A stretch of DNA of 60,249 nt from a virus (taxonomy: Duplodnaviria; Caudoviricetes): the IMG/VR virus record IMGVR_UViG_3300023210_000037, positions 1-60,249 of that record; one strand, written 5' to 3'. The notes below the pieces were generated by a model. That model saw only the letters and a list, made by a program, of their open reading frames with translations. It was not told the origin of the DNA and did no database searches. Below, in pieces: positions 39,770 through 49,817 of the stretch; the first letter of the stretch is position 1, and each line of letters starts with the position of its first letter. A program made the position numbers and the translations under genes.

Positions 39770-40681
39770 ATGGCAACAGGAAATTATGGAACAGTAAGAC
39801 CGGCAGATGTAGCGGTTGAGGACGTAGAAATACTATATAGTTATAGTCAAAACAGGGGGAGTACAGGAAATGTCGACCTAATTAGTTTAGACCCAACACA
39901 AGTATTAATACCAGCAAATAACCCCAATAATTCGCAAGAAATATTAGGTGGTATGTACACATTAAAATTACCCACAAGTGATTTCACCGCAAAAGGGTTT
40001 TATAGTATTATAATTAGACCTAAACAAATAAGAACGGTTATTGAAGATTGTGGTATTTTATCAGCTAGTCCAGATATCGTAGGTTGTATTTTTAATTATG
40101 ATGATTCTAATATAAGTCAACCAGATAAGGTTAAATTTGAAAATGGTAATCTTGTTGGATATAGAATAGAATACCTATCAACCAGTGCTGATGTTGCACA
40201 AGATAAAATACAGAACCTATATAGAATTGTTACATCTAATAATAGAGCTTTAGCTGTTAACCAAAATTTAAATAATAACTCAGATAAAAAATTAACGTAC
40301 TCTTTTGATGATAGTTCATCATTAATTTTTTGTACATTAACACCCTCCTCAGCACCTTCCGTTAAACCAAACGCATTACCATATATCGGTACCCCAGGAC
40401 AGGAGGTTATAATAACCAATACCTTCTTTAACCCAATTATGGTTGAGGTTGAAATGGTTGAATATGACGATGAAACATTGGCATACGCACTCTACTCTAA
40501 CCAAACTAAATCACTAGACGATGGCGTATATACAATATATAACTTTAATAATGACATATATAAACAATACACCTTATTTGAGGTTAAAGATCAATTTACT
40601 GGAAAACCATTGTATGAAGTAAGAGAGCAATTAACTTTACCCGATTTTACTAAGGAATTTGATGACATAACTGATTTTTAA
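39770..40681 (+). CDS. Putative baseplate/structural protein (303 aa)
   Basis: ORF in structural cluster; beta-rich composition. Confidence 0.55.
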   Translation: MATGNYGTVRPADVAVEDVEILYSYSQNRGSTGNVDLISLDPTQVLIPANNPNNSQEILGGMYTLKLPTSDFTAKGFYSIIIRPKQIRTVIEDCGILSASPDIVGCIFNYDDSNISQPDKVKFENGNLVGYRIEYLSTSADVAQDKIQNLYRIVTSNNRALAVNQNLNNNSDKKLTYSFDDSSSLIFCTLTPSSAPSVKPNALPYIGTPGQEVIITNTFFNPIMVEVEMVEYDDETLAYALYSNQTKSLDDGVYTIYNFNNDIYKQYTLFEVKDQFTGKPLYEVREQLTLPDFTKEFDDITDF

Positions 40682-40688
40682 ATTTTAA

Positions 40689-43600
40689 ATGGCGAACAAT
40701 AATAGTAATAAGGTTAAAGTTACTGGTTATGCTAAAAGAACATTTTTTAATAGCAATATTGAATATAGGGATTTTAGTGATGACTTAGTTGGGTTGCAAC
40801 TTACAAGCGAAGGTGGTACCCCCCTATTTACTATGGGTAATTTTAAAATTACCACAAACTTATCACCAAAGGTTAATAAATATTATAATCAAGGTACGTA
40901 TTCTTTTTTCTACACTTTAGACAATTTAAGTAGTTTAATTGAAAGTATAAACATACAGAAGAGTCAAAAAGCACAATTAAATTTAAACCTTACAGACCCA
41001 TTAAGTTATGTTTGGTATGGATCATCATCGGAATTAATTAGAATATCGTTAGAAAACCTTAAAAACCAATTTCCTGCAGCTATTTATGTAGATAATAAAG
41101 TTGGTAGTATCACAGGTAATAATATTACGAATTTTAGTTATGACTTAGTAAGGGATGAGTCAACATTTACAGTTAATAGTAGATATTTTGTTAACCCTTT
41201 TAGTGTAAAATATACTACTGACTCATCAATTATCGGAACAGAGGAGCAGATTAATCCACTAAGAAATTTAACACTAAAATATAAAAGTTATATTATTGAA
41301 CATAATGGTATTAGTAAACCCATAATAGCGTTTAGTGGTTCACAACAAACTACAAATTCAGAAGTTATAATTACCGTAAAGGGAAATCCGTTTCCTGAAA
41401 TTACAGGTTTAAATATTTCACAATATTCATTTTTAAATCCATTGTTTCAAGGATCAATACAATATTTTATTAAACCCAACATAACAAAGCAAGATGAGTT
41501 TTTTGCGTCATTAAATGATTTACAGACCAACCTATTACGTAGAGGAACGTTACCAAAATATACTAGTACCTTTAGTGTTCCAGAAATAACTGATGAGGGT
41601 GTTACAGTATACACTCAAAAAACATTAACATTCCCAATCTTAACTGATGGTTATAACCTAAACTTTTTTGATGGGATTTATATTACTTATTTAGATGAAT
41701 TAACTAAAATAGGTGGAGATTTAGATGAAACAAGAACAGATATAATGAAGCGACAATATGTTGCAGATGTAATAACTGGTTTTGATACTATTCCTAGGGG
41801 AGATGGGGATAACCTAGTATTAGATGGTGCTAAAGCAACTAAATTAATAAGATTATATGGGGTTGCTTTTGATCAAGTTAAAAAATACATTAATGGTATT
41901 AAATTTGCACATGTTGTAACTTATGGAAAAGAAGATAATACTCCGGATTCCTTAGTTAAGGACTTAGCGGATATGCTAGGGCTATACACCCAATTTGGTA
42001 GTACCAGACAAGGTAGAATTGTAACACCATTTCTTTCTAATTTAAATTTAGAACAAGTAGATATAATATTATTTAGGAGATTAATCTTAAATGTTGCTTG
42101 GATGTGGAAAAGTAAGGGGGCAAGAAAAGCAATTGAGTTTTTATTTAGGTTCATTGGGGCACCCGAACTATTAGTAACATTTGATGAGCATATAGTTATT
42201 GCAGATAAACCGTTAGATATATCAAAGATTAAAAAACTATTATATCTTTATACGGGATCTTCAGATATAAGTAACTTACCTTTTGATAAGGACGGTTTCC
42301 CATCACCATTAAAAGATGGGGCAATTACTATTGTGGGATACACTTCAACGATAACATCCGGTGCGTCAGGAACAACAACAAGCGCATTTTCTCCGATTTA
42401 TGATAGTATGTGGTTTCAGAAAGCTGGTGGTTGGTATAGGGAAACCGGAGGTAGTAATTCTCAAATTGACATAAATACAGGTAATAACCCTCATGCTGGA
42501 CCATACGATGGTGGGTCAGAATATTTACAACAATTTACAAAATGTCCGCTACCTGACTTTAATGAAAATATTGCAATTAATGTGACTGGTGCAACTATAT
42601 ATGAAAACCACTTTTTAAATTATAATCATGGATTTGTAAATGGGACTTCACCAGATTCTGAAATTTATATTACCCCAGTAGAAAGTACAAATAATCAGTT
42701 TATCGAAAACTGTGTGGATATTAATTTCAATATAGTTAATGCACCTAAACTTTCAGGAGGAACAAGCATTTATGCGTTATTATGTATTGAGGCGATGGAA
42801 GAATATGAGAGATGGTTGGAGTTAATAAAAGAAGATTGTGAATTAATATACTCCCCAGAATGGTATATTGTTAAACAAAATTATGAGGTTGCATCTACAA
42901 ATTATAGTCAGGAGTTAGTAACCGCTCAATGCGATGAAAACCAGTCCTTAGAGGTTTGTATTGATTTTAAAGATATAGAAATAATAGAAAATCCGTGCGA
43001 TAACTACGTAGCACAATATCTAGATAATGGGTTCATAATTTTTCTTAATGGAGATGGTGTAGAAGTGACGTTTGATGAATTCCCGCAATGTTGTGTTGCT
43101 GCTGGTGGACAATTTTTTAGTTATATAAATAATTCGGGCCGAGAAGTTTATTTTTGTGCGTATGAAAGCCCCTGTATTGGCGAGCCAATTGGTGTTACAG
43201 ATGAAAATGTAATTCTATGGGACATCGGCAATACAAATACATTGCCAGAGATGTATGAGGTTAATGGAAATTGTTATCAGCAAGTATCGGATGTTCAAGG
43301 TGCATGGATCAACTGGGAAGATAATAAGTGCACTGCCAACATTAACGGATACACAAACACCCCAGACATTACAGGATATAATGATATTACTAATATAAAT
43401 CTTTTTTTACAAAATAACCCAAGTGCTAACGAAATTAACAATTGCTTCACACAGATAGATTGTGGATTATATCAGACGGTTGAGAGCACTCCCGAATGTT
43501 GTGTTTATAATGGGTTTATCCCCCAGATTGTTGTTAATGATTTGAATGATTATCTTATTGTGTGTGTTTCAGCAGATACCGCAGAAACACCAAATGGTGG

Positions 43601-46600
43601 TAAGCGAAAAATAAGTGAAGGAGGAATTACATTACCCACAGTTAAAGGGTATAATGAATATATACCAAACTCTAACCTAAATGCAACCCCTAAAGATAGT
43701 AATAGTATATCCACACTTGTTAATTACGAAAATGGGGTATACACTAAAGGTTTAGTCGACCCATCTAATAAAGTAAGTACCGATTTTGGGTCGAATAAAT
43801 CCAATCCGGAGTTAATGGATTGTGCATCTTGGCAAGTGGGAGAAATTGATCAATATGGGAGAATATCATTAAAACCTATTTATCCTGTGGATAGTACCGA
43901 AAGATTAGACTGGTTAGATACTGTGGAGACTGGTGCTGACCTTTATAGGGAATGTTGTATATCTAAAGGGTATACCTATGGTACATTTATTATTAACCAA
44001 TTTACACAACAATTAATCTTAGTCGGTGATGATCCAGTCAACCAACCAACATGGAATGCTTGTGTGGATACTAATTTTATCCCTTGTACAGAGATTAAAG
44101 ATTTAAAGTTGATTTTGGGTAGTAATGGTTTAGGTGGATTCTATTTACCAGAAACAGATCAACATGGTTGTGATTGTGAATTAAATATTAGGTTTGATTA
44201 TATGATAAAATATAACCCTACATCTTTAATTGAGTGTGCAGATTGTAAAGGTTGTGAATGTGATACCACTGGTGTGGGAACACCCCTTAATGTAACTAAT
44301 TTAGGGTCACCCCTATTGGTAACAAATGAGATATCAACAGATGTAATAGATGTGACAGATATAGTAGGTACCCCACCTGATGATACAATAAGTGATGTGG
44401 GTCATTTTTTACCGGATACGACAAACAATATATCTAACATACCTTGTTTACCCACTATTTTTCATGATCAAAGCTTAGAAAGTCTATGGTGTCCTGATTT
44501 TATAGTATTTGTTAGTTCTGAAGAAGAAAGTGATTTATTATTAAATAATTTTAATGGTAATACCGATTCAGATATAATAGTGTGGGAAGAAGAGGTTATA
44601 CAATTAAATCCACCAGTAGAATGTTGTGAAGTGTTAGGTGGGACAGTGGTAGAATTATATGGTAAAGAATCATCATATAAAGAATTATGGAAAAGGAAGT
44701 GGGCTGAGATAATGCAGGATATTACCAACAATACCCCACCTATAGGTGTAGACCCAACAATTATTGGTAATATTAACACTTATAATAATATTTTAACATA
44801 TATAAAAGATATAAATGATGGTAGTTGCTTTGATATAGTAGAAACTGAAATCTCTTTTTATCCTGTATGTGATAATGCTATATTCAACCTAACCCCCGGC
44901 GGGCAAATTATTGATGGGGATTATAATTACATAACAACTAAGACTATATGTGCATTATTTCCACCAGATGATTGTATGTATTGGTCGGGTATATTATTTA
45001 ATTTTAGGGCACAATTAAATCAAGCAATTGAAATACAAGGAATATTAGAGGATTGTGTGGATAGTATATCGGGACCTAAATCCACATCTACAATTGATAG
45101 AGAATTAATTGATGTACAGGTAGAAATATCGGAAACAAGTTTTACTAATAAAAAATTAATAGACGACTCCCAGAATAAAATATTGGAACAACAAGATATT
45201 ATTGATGGTGTTAATAAAGAATTAACCGACATTAATAATAGAAAAACCGCAATCAACAGCACTCAAAGTAAACAATTTGCACCAGTAGAATGTGGGGTGT
45301 ACCAACAACAAATTAATATCCTTAATGGGTTCGATGTAAACCAGTATTGTAAAACTAATTCAACTACAACTACACCAGAACAAGAGTTTAATATGTATAA
45401 TAATTGTGTTGAGGAGAAAACTTCAGAAATAAATACCGAAAAAGATGTTTATGAAAAATTAATAACTCAATGTAACATAGCTAACGAATCTAATACTTTA
45501 CTTAACCAAGCAAAATCTGATGGTAACACTGAAAAGGAATCTCTATACACTAAACAATATAATGACGCATTAGAGAGTATAGATGATTTAACCATTTCAA
45601 GTAGTTGTGATATACCAGAATTAAATAGTAAATCTAATGTAGAACAACAACAAGAAAATAATATAGTTGATAATATTAAGATAGTATCTAACATATTAGA
45701 TGTTGACCCAGAAACTTTAAGAAGTGGTCCAAATGTAACAATAACTGAGACACAAAATTTAACATTAAACATAACTAAGGTTAGAGACGCTTCGAATATA
45801 ACTGGACTTACTAATAAAAAAACAGAATCGGAAAAAGTAATTAAAAATATAATAGATGGTGAGAAAAAAATTACTGAACAAATAAATTTAAAATTAAGTA
45901 ATTTAAACACTAAATTAGATGGGCTAAAAACTAAAAAGGGTGAAAGTTATCAGAAAAATGATACACTTATATGTTGTACCGAATTTTTAGGTCAAATTAA
46001 TGTATTATTAGAAGATTTATATGAGTTAATTTCTGATATAGAATCATCAGCTCAGTTATGTTATGATAATTGGGGTGTTACAATACAAAGTAAATATGAT
46101 ACATTAATAAATGATTGTGACACATATTTAAGTTTTATTGATGATTTAAAAATAAATTTCACAATAGAGGTAGATAACAACAATATTGGTACAATACCCG
46201 CAAGCTTAACACATTATAATTTAACAACATTACCACTTACTAATAATATCAACCCAATATGGGAGTTTACACCCCAAAACTATAGCGGTGTCATAATTGA
46301 AGGTGATGAATATGATGAAGTTACCGTAATGAATCAAATAACCCAAGAATTAATTAGTAGTGGGTTTACTGGGTTAACTAATATATTTGAACCACAATGG
46401 CAAACATTAAATTTCAATATCCCTACATCTATTTGTGAGTCACTTAAAAAATGTTACCCTAACAAACAATTTTTTATTGGTATCGAAATTGAAAATTATG
46501 AATGTGATGTTTGTTTATTAATTGATAATATACAAGTCAATTTTAATGAATGTGATATTGTAACTCAAATTACTACAGAGTCTTGCCCAATGCCTGATTT

Positions 46601-49600
46601 AAAATGTATTGTAGATAATAGAAAATCTTGGGTATATTCAGATAAGGGTATTGAATATGTAAATGCGTTAAACGATGGTAGTTGTGTTGATGTAGAAATA
46701 AACTGTGAAGAAATTGCAGGTATTAATTCATCTTACAGTGCTATACTTAAAACACCACAAAATAGATTATGGCAAAATTTAGAATATAGGTATACTGAAT
46801 ATGATTTTGATCATTCTGATTTAATTATTAATACTAAATCAGCCGCATTTAAAATTGACCCAGCAAAAGCAATTGAATGTGATGTTTATAATTTCTGGAA
46901 AAATATAGAGTGTGATGATTGCCCTACTAGTTGTGATTTAAGTTGTTATATACTAACAGAAGATGAATTTTACATAGCAACAGAAGATGGTTGCACTTTA
47001 TTAGTGTGGTGTGATAATGTAGGGGATTATATAAGTTATAATGGTGTGGTTAGGTCAGCAACTACCTCACCGTTAAGTGCATATACTTTAACATTAAGTG
47101 GTGATTGTGATAGTGAAAATTTTAGTTGTGAAACTTATACTACATTATTAGAAACAAAAGTTACAGAACTTAAAGATGAATATTATACATTATCTGGGGA
47201 TTATAATGAATCATTAAATGCTACATACGCAGACCTCAAAGAAAAAGGTGGTGATATTACTAATTTTGGTATTACTAGAAATAATTGTGGTAGTGATACG
47301 GTAATTATTGGTAATTATAAGGATGTAAATGAGTTGTTTGGTTTATTGGTAGAAGATCCTGATGGTTTATTATCTTTTAGTGAGATTTATATATATGATG
47401 ATACTACACCATATACTGGTGGTACATCTACTGAAATATTAAGTGGGTATACTGGTCAAACATTTAATCGTAGAGGTGGAATTACTGAAGAATGTTGCCA
47501 ATCATTAAATTCTTTATTAAATGATACCGGTAAGTATGGAATGGGATTAGGCAAAAATTATGTTTGGAATGACACATTTAGTGCATGTACTTGGAGAGAT
47601 TTAGATAATTGTCAAGGAGATTGTAGTTATACTGGACCAACTACTATAAACTCTACAACGGGTACAACCATTCTATCCACCCCATCCCTTCCAACAGTTG
47701 AACATACAATTTCTATCTCCTGTCTCAAATGCGATCCGGCAGGGTTTGCAGAGTATGCCTATACTAATAGTTTTGGTAATACAATCACTGGTGAGGTATT
47801 CATAAATACAACCACACCTACATTCTGTGCAGTATCTGGATCTTTAGTTATATATTCACTACCACCTACTGCTGTGTCTTCAATAATTACTGGTTTACCT
47901 TGCCCCGCAATAACACCCACATTAGGTGTCGACTACTATAATGTATGTGGTAATTGTTACGAATTTAGCGGTGATACCATAATTACGGGTACAACAGAAA
48001 CTTCAGATGGTGAATTTATACCATTTACATCATCATGTACTGATTACATCGGTAGTGCAACTACTACGGATAGTGGTGAGTTTAATACGTGGATGATTAA
48101 TAATTATTGTAATAGCGTATTTAACGATTGTTTTGAAAAAGTAATTTGTTGTGAAACAGAAAATGTTGATATATGCGTTAAACCGTTAGATTTATTAGAT
48201 ATTCCACCATCTAAAATACAAGTTAAACAAGTATTTGATGAGATGGTTAGGAGAAATTTAATAAATGCAACAAATAGACAAACTATTAGCGGATACCCAA
48301 CCCTTAGACTATTTTACCATCTATATTTAGTGGCAAATAATTGTGGAAGTGAACTAACTGGTAGATTAACCTATAATAACCTATTCCAATTTATGGATCT
48401 TATAGGTGATTATTGGTTAGAATTATTAGAACAAGTTATACCAGCAACAACAATTATGGAAGGTTGTGATAATTCTGGTAAAGCGTATAGAAATACTATT
48501 TTCGATAATAATAAATTTGTGTATAAAAAATACGCTTTAAATTATACTAACTGTTGCCCAACTAAAGTATCCCCTACCGCTATTGGTTGTTCAGATGTAG
48601 ATATTAAGGTCGAAGAATTATGTATAAATGGTGATTGTATGGGGCAAGAATTAGAAGCTTGTAACTCAGAACTACGATCATTAAACGATAAACTAGAGAC
48701 AATTCAATCTGAGATAGATAGAATTAATGATACATTGAGTTTGCCAGTGGATAATACAGACATACCATGTACAATAACTGAAGATGAGATAACTAACTTA
48801 AATGTATTACTATCATATTATCAAGAACAACTTGTACAAGTTACCACTGAAATATTCAATAAAGAAAATGAATGTAGTGATATTCAGGCGAATTTAGAAA
48901 TACAAATTGCTGAAATGGATGCTCAGTTAGCTAATTGTGATACATTCAGTGACCAAATTCAAAATGCGGAAGAAGAATTATTACTTCTTGAAGTTGATAC
49001 ATTCCCATATACCTCAAAAGTAAATTATATTAAAGAACTAACTGAAAAATATGAAAAATGTGTTAGGTTAGCCTCTACACATATTACAAATTATGATACG
49101 GTATTTATTACCCAAACATATAATACAAATGAATATGAGGGAAATGTTACAGTTTATGGTGATGATGAATGGAATGAAAATCAAGAATTAATACGGGATA
49201 TCGATTGTGAAGAAGTAGTTTCAGATCCAGATGTGGGATGTGGTAGAGACTGTGAATTTTCAGTAGAATCTTGTCCATCCTCATCACAAGATTTTGATCA
49301 AACAGAAGGATATAGTTCGTGGAAAGACTTAGGGAATATTGATTGTAATTGTTCTGGTGCAACATTTGCAACCACCACAGTAAACAATGTGGCACCAGCA
49401 CCTTTTGCAGGTGACATACAAACTTGGGGTTATGGGTTTAACATACCATTAGGGGCAGAAATTAGGGGTGTAATAGTTTCTATTAAAAGAAAACAAGATG
49501 TTAATACTGATTGTATATTCTCCGATGAAAGTGTTGAGCTAATGTATGCAGGAAACACCGTTGGAGTTCCTAATATAACACAACAGGGCGTACCGTGGGA

Positions 49601-49799
49601 CACTAATTGGGAAACTGTATATTATGGTGGTGCTACAGATCTGTGGTCAAATAATTGGACACCGAGTCAAATAAATGATTCCACATTTGGTGTGAGATAT
49701 TTACCACAAGTAAGCGCCCCTACTGGGGGTGTTAATATTGGGTACTTAGATTGTATTACGGTAGCTGTTAAATATTTTTATGATGAAAATACAAATTAA
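40689..49799 (+). CDS. Giant (3036 aa) baseplate wedge-like protein (gp7/P2 gpI-like core) with Cys-rich insertions
   Basis: LVKDLADMLG...RRLILNVAWMWKSKGARKAIEFLFRFIG; later LLEQVIPATT; many xCC modules; coiled coils. Confidence 0.6.
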   Translation: MANNNSNKVKVTGYAKRTFFNSNIEYRDFSDDLVGLQLTSEGGTPLFTMGNFKITTNLSPKVNKYYNQGTYSFFYTLDNLSSLIESINIQKSQKAQLNLNLTDPLSYVWYGSSSELIRISLENLKNQFPAAIYVDNKVGSITGNNITNFSYDLVRDESTFTVNSRYFVNPFSVKYTTDSSIIGTEEQINPLRNLTLKYKSYIIEHNGISKPIIAFSGSQQTTNSEVIITVKGNPFPEITGLNISQYSFLNPLFQGSIQYFIKPNITKQDEFFASLNDLQTNLLRRGTLPKYTSTFSVPEITDEGVTVYTQKTLTFPILTDGYNLNFFDGIYITYLDELTKIGGDLDETRTDIMKRQYVADVITGFDTIPRGDGDNLVLDGAKATKLIRLYGVAFDQVKKYINGIKFAHVVTYGKEDNTPDSLVKDLADMLGLYTQFGSTRQGRIVTPFLSNLNLEQVDIILFRRLILNVAWMWKSKGARKAIEFLFRFIGAPELLVTFDEHIVIADKPLDISKIKKLLYLYTGSSDISNLPFDKDGFPSPLKDGAITIVGYTSTITSGASGTTTSAFSPIYDSMWFQKAGGWYRETGGSNSQIDINTGNNPHAGPYDGGSEYLQQFTKCPLPDFNENIAINVTGATIYENHFLNYNHGFVNGTSPDSEIYITPVESTNNQFIENCVDINFNIVNAPKLSGGTSIYALLCIEAMEEYERWLELIKEDCELIYSPEWYIVKQNYEVASTNYSQELVTAQCDENQSLEVCIDFKDIEIIENPCDNYVAQYLDNGFIIFLNGDGVEVTFDEFPQCCVAAGGQFFSYINNSGREVYFCAYESPCIGEPIGVTDENVILWDIGNTNTLPEMYEVNGNCYQQVSDVQGAWINWEDNKCTANINGYTNTPDITGYNDITNINLFLQNNPSANEINNCFTQIDCGLYQTVESTPECCVYNGFIPQIVVNDLNDYLIVCVSADTAETPNGGKRKISEGGITLPTVKGYNEYIPNSNLNATPKDSNSISTLVNYENGVYTKGLVDPSNKVSTDFGSNKSNPELMDCASWQVGEIDQYGRISLKPIYPVDSTERLDWLDTVETGADLYRECCISKGYTYGTFIINQFTQQLILVGDDPVNQPTWNACVDTNFIPCTEIKDLKLILGSNGLGGFYLPETDQHGCDCELNIRFDYMIKYNPTSLIECADCKGCECDTTGVGTPLNVTNLGSPLLVTNEISTDVIDVTDIVGTPPDDTISDVGHFLPDTTNNISNIPCLPTIFHDQSLESLWCPDFIVFVSSEEESDLLLNNFNGNTDSDIIVWEEEVIQLNPPVECCEVLGGTVVELYGKESSYKELWKRKWAEIMQDITNNTPPIGVDPTIIGNINTYNNILTYIKDINDGSCFDIVETEISFYPVCDNAIFNLTPGGQIIDGDYNYITTKTICALFPPDDCMYWSGILFNFRAQLNQAIEIQGILEDCVDSISGPKSTSTIDRELIDVQVEISETSFTNKKLIDDSQNKILEQQDIIDGVNKELTDINNRKTAINSTQSKQFAPVECGVYQQQINILNGFDVNQYCKTNSTTTTPEQEFNMYNNCVEEKTSEINTEKDVYEKLITQCNIANESNTLLNQAKSDGNTEKESLYTKQYNDALESIDDLTISSSCDIPELNSKSNVEQQQENNIVDNIKIVSNILDVDPETLRSGPNVTITETQNLTLNITKVRDASNITGLTNKKTESEKVIKNIIDGEKKITEQINLKLSNLNTKLDGLKTKKGESYQKNDTLICCTEFLGQINVLLEDLYELISDIESSAQLCYDNWGVTIQSKYDTLINDCDTYLSFIDDLKINFTIEVDNNNIGTIPASLTHYNLTTLPLTNNINPIWEFTPQNYSGVIIEGDEYDEVTVMNQITQELISSGFTGLTNIFEPQWQTLNFNIPTSICESLKKCYPNKQFFIGIEIENYECDVCLLIDNIQVNFNECDIVTQITTESCPMPDLKCIVDNRKSWVYSDKGIEYVNALNDGSCVDVEINCEEIAGINSSYSAILKTPQNRLWQNLEYRYTEYDFDHSDLIINTKSAAFKIDPAKAIECDVYNFWKNIECDDCPTSCDLSCYILTEDEFYIATEDGCTLLVWCDNVGDYISYNGVVRSATTSPLSAYTLTLSGDCDSENFSCETYTTLLETKVTELKDEYYTLSGDYNESLNATYADLKEKGGDITNFGITRNNCGSDTVIIGNYKDVNELFGLLVEDPDGLLSFSEIYIYDDTTPYTGGTSTEILSGYTGQTFNRRGGITEECCQSLNSLLNDTGKYGMGLGKNYVWNDTFSACTWRDLDNCQGDCSYTGPTTINSTTGTTILSTPSLPTVEHTISISCLKCDPAGFAEYAYTNSFGNTITGEVFINTTTPTFCAVSGSLVIYSLPPTAVSSIITGLPCPAITPTLGVDYYNVCGNCYEFSGDTIITGTTETSDGEFIPFTSSCTDYIGSATTTDSGEFNTWMINNYCNSVFNDCFEKVICCETENVDICVKPLDLLDIPPSKIQVKQVFDEMVRRNLINATNRQTISGYPTLRLFYHLYLVANNCGSELTGRLTYNNLFQFMDLIGDYWLELLEQVIPATTIMEGCDNSGKAYRNTIFDNNKFVYKKYALNYTNCCPTKVSPTAIGCSDVDIKVEELCINGDCMGQELEACNSELRSLNDKLETIQSEIDRINDTLSLPVDNTDIPCTITEDEITNLNVLLSYYQEQLVQVTTEIFNKENECSDIQANLEIQIAEMDAQLANCDTFSDQIQNAEEELLLLEVDTFPYTSKVNYIKELTEKYEKCVRLASTHITNYDTVFITQTYNTNEYEGNVTVYGDDEWNENQELIRDIDCEEVVSDPDVGCGRDCEFSVESCPSSSQDFDQTEGYSSWKDLGNIDCNCSGATFATTTVNNVAPAPFAGDIQTWGYGFNIPLGAEIRGVIVSIKRKQDVNTDCIFSDESVELMYAGNTVGVPNITQQGVPWDTNWETVYYGGATDLWSNNWTPSQINDSTFGVRYLPQVSAPTGGVNIGYLDCITVAVKYFYDENTN

Positions 49800-49804
49800 A
49801 ATAC

Positions 49805-49812
49805 TATTTATA
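49805..49812 (+). promoter_or_regulatory. TATTTATA motif, candidate late promoter
   Basis: 5 nt upstream of ATG 49818. Confidence 0.55.
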
Positions 49813-49817
49813 AATAA

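Noticed and set aside
31367-49799. Eukaryotic or giant-virus origin suggested by the Cys-rich proteins
   Set aside because: Flanking genes are tailed-phage baseplate genes (gp25, gp6, tube) with bacterial promoters and terminators
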